64,000 nucleotides of DNA from Mustelus asterias (lineage: Eukaryota). The position numbers and the translations under genes were made by a program. The notes beneath the pieces were generated by a model. The model did not search any database. It saw only the letters and a list, made by a program, of their open reading frames with translations, and was not told the origin of the DNA. Location: assembly GCF_964213995.1 (NCBI RefSeq), contig NC_135816.1, positions 46,748,001-46,812,000 on the forward strand. The letters run 5' to 3'. Of this stretch, positions 47,532 through 61,884 are shown in pieces (the first letter of the stretch is position 1; each line of letters begins with the position of its first letter).

Positions 47532-47802
47532 TAACCTTGCTGATTTAGGAATTTGGATGAATCGGAAAATATCCCCATTTCAAATTGTTCAATCTCCATC
47601 ACAGGTTGTTTGGATGGCTGATCTATGAGATTGTTTTAAGACTGATGTAGCTTAAGTAGAACACTGTTTCATAAAGCACTTCTAGTACTATACCAACTCA
47701 AGTGTTTTCATGGGGTGTGAACTTCATTGGCAAGGCCAGGATTTGTTGTCTGTCCCTAATTGATCTTCAGGAAGGTGGCGGCGAACCACTGCAGTCCATC
47801 TG

Positions 47803-48414
47803 GTGTGGAGATGCCGGTGTTGGACTGGGCTGGGCATAGTAAGAAGTCTCACAACACCAGGTTAAAGTCCAGCAGGACTTTTTGGAATCACGAGCTTTCG
47901 GAGCACTGTTCCTTCATCAGGTGAGTGGAGAGGTAGGTTTCACAAATACAGCATATATAGACAAAGACACAATGTAAGATAATGGTTGGAATGTGAGTCT
48001 TTTCAAGGTGGCTGTTTCCTCCAAGGCGGCCTTCAAGACACACGACAACGCAGAATCACCGAGGAGAAACTGATAGCCAAGTTCCGCACACATGACGATG
48101 GTCTCAACCGGGATCTTGGGTTCATGTCACACTACATGTAACCCCCACCATTGGGCTTGGGCTTGCAAAATCCTGCTAACTGTCCAGGCTTGAGACAATT
48201 CACACCTCTTTAACCTGTGATAATCCCTCTCTCCACTTGCACTGTCTGTACCTGTAAAGACTCGCATTCCAACCATTATCTTGTAATTGTGTCTCTGTCT
48301 ATATATGCCGTGTTTGTGAAACCTAGCTCTCCACTCACCTGATGAAGGAGCAGCACTCCAAAGCTCGTGATTCCAAATAAATCTGTTGGACTTTAACCTG
48401 GTGTTGTGAGATAA
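47803..48414 (+). mobile_element. 5'-truncated Penelope-like element with an inverted pseudo-LTR
   Basis: 48019-48141 reads LQGGLQDTRQRRITEEKLIAKFRTHDDGLNRDLGFMSHYM*, resembling a GIY-YIG endonuclease C-terminus of Penelope-like elements. Flanked by inverted copies of the 3' terminal sequence. Possible TSD CTGGTGT (47800-47806, 48415-48421). Confidence 0.85.
47889..47923 (-). ncRNA. Minimal type I hammerhead motif with one stem II mismatch (partner copy at 48336-48369 has lost the G of GAAA)
   Basis: CAC-CUGAUGA-A-GGAAC(AGU)GCUCC-GAA-AGCU-C^GUG. Confidence 0.6.
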
Positions 48415-51400
48415 CTGGTGTAGGTATACTAGTCTAGCTGTTAGGTAAAAAAATACGCTATGATTATATCACAATTTTTTTAAACTCTGAAAAGGTGAGT
48501 GTGTGATGAAACAAATAATGCTATTTTGATGCAGTGAACTGCAAAGCGATGTTCTCACCCTTGTGCTTTCACTGCACAAACCTTTTGGTCTTCATGTGCC
48601 TTCAGCAAAATGACAGCGGACGTATTTCTGCAAAGTTGTTTTTGACACTTGTTTCTGTCAGATTTTGGAAGGCCTGAATCTACTACTCAGCCGCCAGGAA
48701 AGGGAAACCAGATTTAATGTAAACACAAGGGACTAGATTTCTCTGTCAGTGGATTTGTAGGTGGGGGTGGTGACATGTAAAATCCAGCAAGTGATCTGCC
48801 TGCTGGATTTTACATGTCAATGGGGCATGGGGAAGGTGTCAGACCCTCAAGCTCACCCTTGAGACTATTAAGATTCTTAAGTGGCCCATTAATGGCCATT
48901 TAAATCTTTTCCCACCACCATCAGTATTCTGTCCACAACAGAGACCAAGCCATGCAGCATTAACTGCGTGAGCTGGTGCCAGGAAAGGTCGAGGGGAATC
49001 ATCCTTTAGGGCCCCCTTGGGCCCATCGAAGACACTTCCTCCAAATTCAACTGATTTTTATTTTCTTCTCACTGGCACAAGTAGTCAGTTTTGTTTTCAA
49101 GTTTTAAAAGGTAGGGATTTAAATAGCCTGACATTTCAACATAACTTACCTGCGCCTAAGAGCATTGAGTTCAGATGGCCCTGCTGAGTTCAGGTTTTGG
49201 ATAATTGGTAGTCCCCTCCCACCCTCAATTGATCTGTGCTCCACACAAGCCTCCTCCCATCCCTCTCCATCTATCCAGAGCAAGATAATCTTTTATATCT
49301 TTCACCTTTGTGTGTTTCTCTAGCTTCCCCTTAAATTCATCAAATCTATTTGTCTCAATTATTCCATGTGGTGACAAGCTCCACATTCTACCCACTCGCT
49401 GGGTAAATACATTTCTCCTGCATTCTGTATGATTTATTAGTGACTATCTTTGAGTCACTAATAAATCATGGCCCTTAGTTTTGATCTCAACCATACGTGG
49501 AAACAACTTCTCAACGTGTACCCCGTCAAACTGCTTCACAAGCTTAAATATTTTATTATGTACTTCAGCCTTCTCTTTTCTAGAGCAAAGAGCCCTACCT
49601 GTTCAATCTCGCCTGACGGCTTGACCTTTTAATTCTTAATTATTATTGACTCTGAATACAGTAATGTATATTCGAATGGGACACAGCAGTCCCAAGCCTT
49701 GGGCATAATGACGATTTATCTGGAGTGTGGCAAAACATACAAACTCCAGCTCTACTTTTGTTAAGTTTTAAATTCACTTCCGACAGTCAAAGAACCCATC
49801 AATTCACACAAGAAAATTCCGAATTCTGGTACTCCTTGATGCCAGGACTTTTCAGTTGCCTGCGATCAGCGATGTGAATAGTATCACAGCATGATAGATA
49901 TGTAACGGTGAGCATGACTAAACATGTATGATTCAGAATAGTATTGTAGGAGAGGATGTGATGTGTCAGAGTGCTGTGCCAAATAGTTTCTCCATTGAGC
50001 AGGAATATGTGGTGTATCAAAGTGGCGATATACCAAAATTGTGATATATGAGTGCCATATAAAGAGACGGGCGTCTCTCAGATATGATGGGCCCACAAAG
50101 CTGATGGTATACTGGAGATAGTGATACCACAAACACTGGTGTTGCACAGTTAGGTAGCATGATAACTAACCCTCCTGAAGGAAGAACCTGTCCCTCACCC
50201 CCTCCCCTCAGTGTCGCAGTCACCTGCACTCTTGCTTACAGAGGGACTTTTTTAAAGTTTTATTTATTATTGTCACAAGTATGCTTACATTAACACCTCA
50301 ATGAAGTTACTGTGAAAATCCCCTAGCCGCCACATTCTGACGCCTGTTCGGGTACACTGAGGGAGAATTTAGCATGGCCAATACACCTAACCAACACATC
50401 TTTTGGACTGTGGGAGGAAACTGGAGGAAACCCATGCAGACACAGGGAGAACATGCACACGCCACACAGACAGTGACCCAAGCTGGGAATCAAACCCAGG
50501 TCCCTGGCACTGAGGCAGCAGTGCTAACCACTGTGTACCATGCCGCACTTAAACATGCCTGGGAAAAAGCTACGAGTGTCTTTGTCATAAGTGAACTGTA
50601 TTTTAATAACGATCCATATCTGACTGCGACAGCCCTGTATAATTCAGGGATGAAGCTGGCCTGCCTGCAATTCAGAAGCCAGGCCTCCTCCACTACCAAT
50701 TCCTACCCCCATCATGTGTCTTGCACCAGCTACCCACAGTGCCTCTATTGACCACAGGACATCCAAAAGTGCATTGAAGTACTGTTGAAAGAAAAGACTA
50801 CATTTATATCACACTTTTGACAACCACCAGATGTCTCTTTACAACCAATGAAGTTCTTTCTGAAGTGTTATAATTGTTGTAATGTAGGAAACACAGCAGC
50901 TAACTTGCATTCAGCAAATTATCAAAAAGGACAATGTGATAATGACCTGATAATCTCTTTTGGTGATGTTGATTGAGGGATAAATATTGACCAGCACAAC
51001 TCCCCTATTCTTCTTCAGAATATTGCTAATGGGATCTTTTACATCCCTGTGAGCAGGTGGAAGGGGCCTCAGATTAACATCTCATCTGAAAGACAACACC
51101 TCCAATGGTGCAGTGTCTTCTGAGTAGTGCGCCAGAGGGTCAGCCTTGATCTTGATGCTCAAGCCGAGAGTGCAACTCAAACCTGGAACCTTGTAATTGT
51201 GTTCCCATCTGAGCCAGGGCTGACACTGCACTCATTGACAATGCAATCACTGCCACAATGCAGGAAACAAGGCAGTCAACCCATGCTCAGCAACCTCCCA
51301 TTTAAACCAGTGAACAGGGAGAATCTGCTTCTGTGATGTTGGCTGGAGGACAAGGTACTGATCAGGACACTGAGTTTAACGGCCCTACATTGGTCTAAGA

Positions 51401-52302
51401 ACAAACATTACAAGTTTCAAGTGAAAAAATATTGTGGATACTGAAAATCTGAAATAAAAGTGGAAAATGCTGGAAACACTCAGCAGGTCAGGCAACATGT
51501 GTGAATGGGGAAACAGAGTTAATGGGCTGAATATATTAGAGTTTATTGCGGTGGAACCAGGACAGCAGAGCCCATTTAATTATAGGTGGAGACCCAGGCC
51601 AATCTTGCAGCAGGGGGTAAAAACCTGTACCAGTTATATTGGGGAGGAGAAGGGATGATACAGATTCCCCACTGCCAGTGGTGGGATGTCAATTAGGCTC
51701 ATTAATGAGCCAATTGACACCCATTAACCCTGAGCCCACTGCAATTTTGTGACCACTCTGGGATTAAACGGGGGCTGCACTGCATTTCACACCTTCCAAA
51801 GACCGTTCAGCAAACCCTGTCAGGTACACGCTGCCTGATCAATGGATCCGGCATCAGGGAGGGGGGTGTTGCTCCTGCCCTTACCTCTGACCCTCCTGCT
51901 ACCCCTCTCCTGTGACCTTCCATCCTGTGACCCCCTATTGTGCCCTCACTACCTTTGGTCTGGGGTCCCATGATGACCAGTGTCACCTTTGTTGGGTGCA
52001 GTGACACTAACTGCCACCGCTTCCCGACGGCATTGGTGTTTTAAGGAGCTTCTAGCCTTGGATTGGATGGCAGTTCTTGGGGGCGTGAATTAGTTGCCAG
52101 GAACCTCAATCTCAGGGAAGGCTCAGCGGTGGCCATTTAAATGCCTGAAAGAAATTTGATTCCATCAGGCCTCCCCTACAGAGACTGATAAGGTTTCCCA
52201 GTGGGTTATCTGAATCAATGGCCCGACAGAATCTAGACCAATGTTTCAATGTTTGATAACGCTTCTTCAGCCCTGGAACATTAACCTTGTTTCTCTCTCC
52301 AC

Positions 52303-52597
52303 AGTGGCTTGCACTGCTGCCTCACAGCATCAGAGACCCGGGTTCAATTCCGGCCTTGGGTGACTGTTCTGTGTGGAGTTTGTACGTTCTGTGTGGGTTT
52401 CCTTCTAGTGCTCCAATTCCCTCCCAAACTCCAAAGATCTGCGGGTTAGGTTGATCAGCCATGTTAAATTGGCCCTTAGTGTCAGGGGGACTAGCAGGGT
52501 AAATATGTGGTGTACGGGGATGGGCCTTGGTGGGATTGTTGTCGGCGCAGGCTCGATGGGCCGAATGGCCTCCTTCTGCTCTGTAGGGATTCTATGA
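52303..52597 (+). mobile_element. HE1-type SINE
   Basis: Head, B box and tail as in the other copies. Confidence 0.8.
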
Positions 52598-53277
52598 TGC
52601 TGCCTGACCTGCTGAATATTCCAGAAATTTCTGTTATTCCAAGTTTCAATATTTATGTGTTATCCATAATTTAAAAATAATAATTGTCTTTTCCTAACTG
52701 AAATTATTAGCAAATTATTCATATATTAAAAAAACATAGATGAGAGCACACGCAATATGATTAAAACACACCTCCATTTAATAATTAAACACAGCTACTG
52801 AATATGCATTTTTCATACACAACAGACTGTCGCATTTAACAAGTATTATATTCTCAGAGGCATAATTTAAGAGTCAATGCAATCCAGTTTAGCTGTTTTA
52901 CATAAAGTATAATTAATTAACTTAATGTAAAACAAGATTAATATGCAGGATGAAAAGAAGATGCAAGATGGCGGGTCCCTGAAATGAACTTGTTAAATTG
53001 CTAGAAAATCCACAGAAGTACAACTATTCCAGGCATAATATTTGCTAGTTGCAATGCAGTTTTGAAAGTGCATATTACTCAAATAAAATAGAACATAATG
53101 TACAAACTAGCAATAAAACAGGCGGCAAACTATTACCAGAACAAAAATGTTATAGTTGTTAAAACATAGGTCAGAGTTTCCTTTGCACCCAATGACTCAT
53201 GTAATTGGGTCATAAATGTCAACACCTGACATTAAAGATTGAGGAAATCTGAGCAGTGTTATGCACTGAGCCGCAAT

Positions 53278-54122
53278 GGGCCCTATTTTACCATTTTGAT
53301 TCTAAGTGCTGGGCGGACTTGAAACAGGGTGTGTTTCAGATCCGACTTTTAGACCCGTTCTCAGGCGCCCCCATACGCACTCTGCCTGAAAAAGTATCAG
53401 CAATTCCGAATCGCGCTGCAGAAACCTGTGGGCGGGGCTTAATGCACCCAAAATCCTGCAGCTACAATCGGCACCTCCAACTGCGCATGCACAGGGAAAA
53501 AAAAGATAGAATGCGGCTCCCCTGCCATATCACTCCCGGGCTGGATAATGCCTCCCCCTGGCCCCCACAGACATTGCCCCACCCCCACAACATTACTGAT
53601 CCCCTCATCCCCCCACACCCTTGCCACCCGATCATGGGCCCCTTCAACCTCACTAATCACAGGCAAAGTGGCAGCGGACCCCCCCTTCCTCCTCACTGAT
53701 TACAGGCAGAGTGGCAGTGGACCTTCACCCCCTCCCCCCACCCACCGATCTCAAGCAGAGAGCCATCAGACCCACCTTCCCCCCACCCCACCGATCTCAA
53801 GCAGAGAGCTGTCGAACACTCGGCACTTACCACCTCAGTAGCTGGAGCGCCCGAATCGGACTTTTGTAGAGCATGTCTGTTTCATGCCGATTCTGGATGG
53901 ACGAACACGGTGGTAAAGGGGGAAGTGCCAGTAAGGTTGGGCGTGCAGGCCATTAGTCAATTTAAATGCATACAAAATGGCCCGATCGTGGCTATTTTCG
54001 GGCCTTGGTAAAGGGGGAACCTGCGCGGAGGCGGACGCAGATCGCGCTACTCGCCTCATGCCCAACTTTACCCAAGTTTATGCACCCGAAAAAGGGTGCA
54101 ACTTGATGGTAAAATTGGGCCC
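53278..54122. mobile_element. Second copy of the same PIF/Harbinger-like MITE family
   Basis: TIRs GGGCCCTATTTTACCAT / ATGGTAAAATTGGGCCC, 3-bp TSD AAT; both ends align with 28023-29331. Confidence 0.8.
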
Positions 54123-54369
54123 AATGTGTCCAGATACAGAGTTTGATAAATAGGTAAGAAAGATTGAGGAAATCTAAAGCATGCTTTGGACAAACACTTG
54201 TGCTCTCCAAATTTCCTCTTATCTTTTAATGCTGTTTATTAAGCTCTGCACTCAGACACATCACAGCTGACTTTAGTGGCTTAGTCCCCAAGGTAAAGAG
54301 TGGTACACAAATTTCCTGCAATTGCAAGATGTGAAATTAAGTCTAGAGTTTCGGGGATATGCAAGCACC

Positions 54370-56680
54370 AGATAAGAACATGGGAACATGAGTACCCCAT
54401 TCAGTCCCTCAAGCCAATGGTAATGAGATCATGGATGATCAGTATCTTGACTCCATCTACCTTACTCAGTTCATATCCTGTCCTGGGTTAGCAAAATATT
54501 ATTGATCTCAGATTTAAAATTCTGAATTGAGTCAGCGCCTACTGTTTTTCAGGAGTTCAACACTTCTACATCTTTTCCATGAAGATGTGTTACCAAACTT
54601 CACCCCGGATCATGAATCTGAGCACCATGTTGATGATTTTTGTTTGGCATGAGATTCTGAAGGGACTTAACAGGATAGATGCTAAGAGATATTTCCCCTT
54701 GAAGGAGAATCTTGATCTGGGGGGCACAACTTCAAAATAAGGGATATGCCATTTAAGACAGAAATGAGGAGGAATTTCTTCTCTCAGAGTCATTAAGTTT
54801 TGGAATTCATTATTCCGGAACACAGTGAAGCGTGGGTCATTGAATATTCATGGATGAGTTAGACAGATTTTTTGAACTACAAAGGAATCCAGGGTTATAG
54901 AGGTGGGTGTGGATGGAGGGAGGCGAGGTGGAGAGCCAGAAAAATGAAATTACGGCCACAATCAGATCAGCCATGATCTTACTGAATGGCCAAGCAGACT
55001 CAAGGGGCCAAATGGCCTACTCTTGCTCTTATTTGTTCCTATAACTACAATTTCCAAACTTCTCTCAATTTGGGAACCATTGGAAAAATATGCATGTCAC
55101 TCTGCTATTTAAGGAAGCTGAAAGATGGAAGCCAGGGAATTAGAGACCAATTAGTTTAACATCTGTTGTCAGAAAATTACTCGAGTCTATAATAAGGATA
55201 GGATGACTGAACACTTTGAAAGTGTTCATCTGATCAGAGAAAACAAGCTTGGATTTGTACATGATAGAATATGCCTGAACAATCTGATTTTTTTTTGAAG
55301 AGGCATCTAAAGTAATGGACAAGGGAATGTCTATGAATGTTATCTATATGGATTTCCAAAACTTATTTAATAAAGGCCCTTATAAGAGATTGTTAACTGA
55401 AGTTGAAGTCCTTGGAATTGAAGGGAAATTATTGATCTGGTTAGAAGATTGTCTGAGTGCCAGGTGGCAGGGAATAAGAATAGTGGAAAGGTGCTCGAGT
55501 TGGCAAGATGTGATCAATGGTTGCCAACCCTCCAGTGGAGGCTCCAGGAATTGAAGATCAATCTTCAAGACATTGCTGTGTGCAATCCTGGAGAAAAAAA
55601 ACTCAAAGGGACATTATAAAATATATATTTTTTCAACTTTCTTTGAGCATTTCTCAGGAAGGCTGTTTGGCTGACAGTCAAGTTTCATCCAATTGGGTAA
55701 TGAGTCTTTTTGCTTTGCAATTGGCCTGGGATGTAAGTGCGTCATCAGTGTTGGCTGACAAGTGGCTGGACTGTGGGGACAAATCAGATGCTGAAACCTC
55801 CAGGAATGTGTTTAACCAAAATTGGCAGCCCTAATGGTGCTTTGGGACCTTAACTATTTGTGATATTCATGAACAAATTGGATAATGGGATAGAAAGCGA
55901 CATATACAAATCTGTTGATGACACAGAATTTGGCAGCATTGTACATGACATGGATGAGTGATTATACAAACTAAGATTGCATTCCCTAGAATTTAGATGG
56001 TTTTGGGGTGATTTGATGGAAGCTTTCAAGATATTCAGGGCAATAAATAGGGGAGGTAGAAAGGATTTTTAATCGGCTGTTAGTAACTAGAAATAGGAGC
56101 TAGTTTTAGGTCCTCCCCCTGCATGGTGTTCATTCAGCATGCCCAATGTAATTTTAAAATCTTGAGCCAAATATGGGTCAGTGAGTGGGTTTGACGTTCA
56201 ATCAAGGATAGCAGATGGACCTGACATTGGAGGCTCACTGTGGCGTATCCCAGCATTCAGTGACCTGCAGTCTCTTGTGCGGGACCATTCTGGGAAATTT
56301 CTGGAAATCCAAATAAACACCATCCGAAGAGATTCCCCGGCCTACTAATTTCTCAATAAATTCAATTAAGTTTGTTATCCATTACAAATCCACATTGGCT
56401 GTCTCTAATCAGCTTACATTTCTCTAAATGCTAAGTCATTCTATCCTTAATTTTAGATTCCAATTGCTTTCCTAGAATAGATGTTACACTATCAAGGCTC
56501 TAATTTCTTTGTTTCTTTCTCATGCCTCTCTTAAATAATGGGGTTACATTTGCAATTTTCTGATCTGAAGCGTTAATTCTTGAATCAATAGCGTTTTTGA
56601 AAATATTCTGAAGAAGCATTTGGAATTTTCTCAACTATGGCTTTTGCATCCCTAGGGTAGAAACCATCAGTCCTTTATAG
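54370..56680. mobile_element. Cluster of decayed CR1 fragments on both strands
   Basis: YMDFQN/KGPYKRL-type RT remnant (55315-55554) and a CR1 3' end at ~54655-55040. Confidence 0.6.
55519..55832. mobile_element. Small hAT-like non-autonomous element inside a CR1 remnant
   Basis: Inverted ends GGTTGCCAA / TTGGCAGCCCT; AATGGT is repeated at the flanks. Confidence 0.4.
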
Positions 56681-57900
56681 CATTATGGGCTGAAGTTTCC
56701 TACCCATGTGATGACCAACTTGGAGTTGGGAAAGTTGGGAACATGGGTGGAGTCATGTTGGCACAGCTCCCCGACATTCCTGCTGCCAGGGAACTTTCCC
56801 AGGGTTAGGCATGAAATCGCATTTGTTGTTCACTCCAGGGTTGCGGGCAGCCGATAATGCTGGTTAAGAATCCAGTTCGGGGTGATTAAGGAGCCTCGGT
56901 GGCATTCTACCACTCGTGGAGTCGTCCCTCACTGTGTGTGTGGATGCAGTCAGCTCATTTGTGATAGCCTCTCTACATCAGGTTGGGTGGCCATCAGATC
57001 AGGAGACTTCATATCCAATTGAAAGGGTCGCGAGAATGAAAGGCCACAATCTTGGCCTAGTCCAATCCAACAGAATCACCTCCATCTCTGTGCAAATATG
57101 CCAATCTAAATCTTGTTTATACCTTCACTGCTTTGCAGCCCCAGTGGGGCACCTTCATTTTGAGGCACCCTCTTTATTCCTGAGCTGCCCCAGCAGTGCC
57201 CACCTCCACCTGTGGGGCTGCCATTGCTCCAGAACTGACAGCCCTCTGATTGGACTGCAGCATCAAGAGTCTACTTGTCATCTATAATAGGATGGTGAGT
57301 TCAGGGGCTGCAATTAGGAGACCACCTCCTGGAATATTGCTGATCTGGTCTTTGTACTGGCAAGATTCTACACTTTCAACGCATTTCTGTGAGAGGGGAT
57401 AACTTGAGATAATGGAGACTCTCTACTGAGGGTCTTAAGTTAATAAAGAAGAATTAAAAGGGATAGGAAAATGGTGGTCTAGTGGTAATGTTGTAATCCA
57501 GAGGCCCAGGCTAATGCTCTGGGGATATGGGTTCAAATCCCACCATGGCAGTTCAGAAATCTGGAATATAAAGTTAGTCTCAGTAATGGTTACCATGAAA
57601 CTATAATCAAGTGTGGTTAAAAACCTACCTGGTCCACTTTCCTTTAGAGAAGAAGATCTGCCATTCTTACTTGGTTTGGCTCCAGATCCCCAACAATGTG
57701 ATTGACTCTTAACTGAAGCCACTTTTCACAAAAATATACTTTATTCATATAAAAGCTGAAAGACACATTGCACAGCATTTCAAATTGTTATAACAGTGAT
57801 GATATTCACATTTTCTCCAGAGGTCAAGATGCACTCTGAGGTGCTTCACTTCAGTAATGAGAACATTACAAACACTTCAGTATTTTCATCACAGACAGTA

Positions 57901-58038
57901 GTGGCGGGATTTTCGAGCTACACGCGCCCAAAGACAGTAAATTCCCACCCAAAGTCAATGGACCTTTAAATGGTCCACCAAATTTCCTGTCTCGCCCACT
58001 ATAATTCCCTTGGTGGGAGGGACAGGAAAATTCCGCCA
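57901..58038. mobile_element. Short MITE (related copies at ~24549-24686 and ~35070-35175)
   Basis: Inverted ends GGCGGGATTTTC / GAAAATTCCGCC; the core AAATTCC..CCC.AAGTCAATGGAC resembles 24586-24625. Confidence 0.5.
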
Positions 58039-58089
58039 TTCAATTCTTTCCGAACTACATACATCGGTCATGTTGCACTCTGAGTTGCT

Positions 58090-58460
58090 TCAATGAAGTT
58101 GCATGCAGTTAACAGCCGGAGGGATTTTAACAGGTTACCAGCCCTTCGGCATACATTGGCTGAAAGGCCTTACACAATGGCCTTTCCCCAATGTGCCTTG
58201 GCAGTGGCTGCCCAAGCTTGAATGCGTCCCTCAGCACATAGTCCTGAACTTTGGAATGTGCCAGCCTGCAGCACTCGGTCAAGGACAATCCTTTGCACTG
58301 GAAACATGTTTCGGTCAGACCAAAGAGCATCTTTCACCGAGTTGATGATTCTCCAGCAACAGTTGATGTTTGTCTTGTTGTGCGTCCTTGGAAACAACCT
58401 GAAGAGCAGAGTTCTGTGAACTGCTTAGGATGAACCTCAACAAATATCACTGCATTTCTC
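58090..58460 (-). mobile_element. Tx1/L1-like LINE ORF2 C-terminal fragment
   Basis: Frameshifted NINCCWRIINSVKDALWS and ECCRLAHSKVQDYVLRDA segments. Confidence 0.6.
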
Positions 58461-60462
58461 TCCAGATCTTCTTTACAAAGCTTAGTTCATGAACAATTAA
58501 GGATGAGGAGCAAACGCTAGCCTTGCCAATGATGGCCATTCCTACAACAGAATAGAGGAAGCGCTACTTCAAAATAAGGATTTCCCTAGCCCCCTAACCT
58601 TATCCCAATGGCTTTTACAGACTCCATCCCTGGAACCTCAGTGGCTGATTCTTACCTTCCAGAATGGTCAAATTAGAGGAATTAATGTCGACAAATAGGT
58701 GCATGAAGGGTGCATAATCAGCAATAACTTGTTAATTATGCCCCCTGACCACAATTTAATGCTGTTTTAGGAAGCATTAAAATAATTCAGCACATAGATC
58801 AATGTGAGAGAGAATTGGGAAGTCAATTTTATTAGTTAGGCATCATCAATATCCTCACATTCAAGACTAATTGAGCCATCACATTGCATCATGAAACCTT
58901 CATATTAACTTATCCAGTGATCAGCTATATTTATGATATAAAATGACTATTTGAATACAAGATGGCATAACTGTAATGAGCAGTCAAAGACATTGTAGAA
59001 AAGTCACATGAAACTGCTTCCACATTATTTATTTTGAAAATGAGCATTAGGGTGGCCACAGCAAAAGTTGTGAAAAATCTTCCATAACAAAGCATCTGAA
59101 GAGAGGATAACATTTACTATTACATTAATTTGGTGGCTTTGAGGATATGTGTAATGTAACAAATTGGATGCATGGAGTCTACCCTCTCAATATAGGGTGG
59201 GCCTGAAAATGACTTGAAAGGTGGTCTAGATGTTGAAAGGATGGACAACAACTCCACGAAAAGCTTCAAGATCAACATTATTGATGTGTGCATTCAAGCA
59301 CGCATTCCCCATGTTCTGTAATTGTTCCAAACTGCAGAACCCAGATTTTAATTTACCTTCTTGTTTCTTACCTTTCCACAGGTAGAATGATTCAGAGGGG
59401 CAGCAAACTCCTGCCTACTCCTGCTCCTAGTTCTTATGTTCTTATATAAACAACGTTGATGTTTAACTAAAAGGAACAATGACAAAATCACTTCAAACTA
59501 TATGAAGAATGCAGTTAAGCTGTAATAATGTTGGCAAAAGATGGACACAGTTTATTTTCAAATGGAAGACAGTAAATCTGAAATCTAAACAGCCACTTCA
59601 ATAATGTTTGAATGGATAATTAATACAAACCTTTCAGATGAAGAGATAGTTCATTTCGATACCTTACAGGGCAGGGAGTCCACCTGATTACTGTATTCAT
59701 TCCAAACCAGGAAAACAAATGGGGTTAGAGTTGGACTCGCAGTTGGAAATCCTCAGTTGATGATCTTCTGGTTGAAGCAATGACACAAATCTAGACAGTA
59801 GTGCTTCAAATTGCCAAGTGGATTTCATCATTTAGAACTGTCAGTGCTTGGGGCTTACAAGATCTAAGTTCCTTCTGTAGGGTAGGTTTTCATCTCCAAT
59901 TGCATTTTCTACCCAATATACAACTGCTCAACTGATACTACATTGAGATGAATGGATCCATGATAAGCAGGTGATCCGCTCCATCAGGTTATCACTCAAG
60001 TGGAGAAATCAAAACATTACTCCTGTATTTAACTGCACTACATCAGTCCGAGCAGAACCAGCCTAGTGGGTCTTTCTCTTTTTCACAGTGCCTCGTTATT
60101 TACAGATAGATGTTGTTGCAACAAAATAAAAATGAATATTTGCTCGAGGGATCAGTAGCCATTTGTCAGCATTGAAATTAACATGCTCCATTGAGAGATA
60201 TTAATCTATGTTGAGGCAATTAAAGACTAACGAATCAAAGCTTGGGTCCTGAAAAACACTTACAGCGGTTTCAACAATCAAAGACTAAAAACTGCAAATC
60301 ATGCATATGAGTGAAGTTTGGCTTAGGTACATTCAAGGTATCTCTGATTAGTTGAGTAAATAAGATACAATAGGAGGAGAGCTCTCAGTAATTAATAATT
60401 TGTTACCCTACTGGGACAGTTATCCCTGCTACATCAAGGAGCAATATTCTTGTCTGAATACA

Positions 60463-61790
60463 TGGAATCATAGAAAGGTTATAACAAACAAAAACACCTT
60501 TGTTCCTGTGTCAGCTCTCCACAAGAGCGAATCCCCTAGTTCCACTCCCTGGCCTTTTCTCCACAGCCCTGCAAATGTTTTCTCTTCAGATAATTGTCCA
60601 ATTCTCTTTTGAAAACCTTTGATTGAAGCTGCCTACATCACCCTCTCAGGCAGATCATTCCAACCATCCACTGCACTAAAAGGATTTCCCCCATGTTGCC
60701 GCCACTTTCCTAGCCAATTACCTCAAAATGATATTGTCCAATCCTTGATCCCTCAGCCAATGGGAGCAATGTCTCCTTATCCACTCTCCATTGTGACTGC
60801 TCATGATGCTGACTGCCTCCACCAAATCTCCCCCCAATTCCCTCCTCTCTATGGAGAACAGCCCCCTGAAGCCACTCCCATAATCCTCCTCTGCATAATA
60901 GCTCCATATTCTTCCCATAGTGCGGTGCCAAGGACCGGGCACAACACTCAACTGATACCAATCCAGTGTGCTGTATGGATTTGTCATAACTTCACTGCTC
61001 CTGCATACCTCATCCTCACCCATGAATCCCAGGATCCATATGTTTCACCAACTGCTCTCCCAGCCTGTCCCACCTCCTTTGATGACCTGTACACCTACAC
61101 TCCCAGGTCCTTCTACTCCTGCATTACCCCACAGAACCATACCCACCATTCTACATTGACTCTCCTAGTTCTCCATAGTGAATCAATCCACACCTCCCTG
61201 TACTATATTTGCCACCCACCTTCCCACTCCGCCAGCTTGTCTATGTCCTCTTGAAGTTCATCACTATCCCCCTCACAGTTCACTACAACTCCAATTATTG
61301 TCATCTGCAAAGTCTACAATTATGTTCTGTAAACCCCAAGCCAGGACATTAATATATAGCAAGAAAATCAGAGATTCCAACACCAACACCTAGGCAACCC
61401 CACTATATATCTTCAAGCATCACAAAAAACTGTTCGCCACCACTCTCTGTCCCCACCACTTAGCCAATTTTGTGTTCCTACTGCTACTGTTCCCTCTCCC
61501 TTCGCCACAAGTTCTAACCTTCCTCTCAAGCTTGTCATGTGGCACCTTATTAAATGGCCTCAGGAAGTCCATATACACCGCATCAACCGCACCAACCACA
61601 TAACCCCCCATCAACTTTCTGTTACCCCATCAAAAAACCCAAGCACCTCCATCAAATATGACCTGCCCCCAATAAATCCATGTTGATCCTCCTCCAACCA
61701 ATCTACATTTGTCCAAATGACTGTTATCCTTTCCATTTCTATAGATCTTCCCACCACTGAGGTCAAACTGACTGGCTCATAATGGCTGAT
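60463..61790 (-). mobile_element. Decayed CR1 LINE
   Basis: AVDAVYMDFLRPFNKVPHDKL (61420-61614) and RELGGDLVEA remnants. Confidence 0.75.
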
Positions 61791-61884
61791 TTTTCAGTAC
61801 AAATACCATGCTTGTTCCCGGAAATCACACAAAATTTACTTTTGTACTTTCAGTCCAATCTCACATCGATAGTCTCAGGATAAA

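Noticed and set aside
48530-48577. Possible pre-miRNA hairpin TGCAGTGAA...TTCACTGCA
   Set aside because: Only 9 contiguous pairs with a poorly paired interior, and no miRNA I recognise.
53234-54183. Direct repeat AAAGATTGAGGAAATCT on both sides of the MITE as a long TSD
   Set aside because: The copies do not abut the TIRs. The true TSD is AAT, and the repeat is probably an older local duplication.
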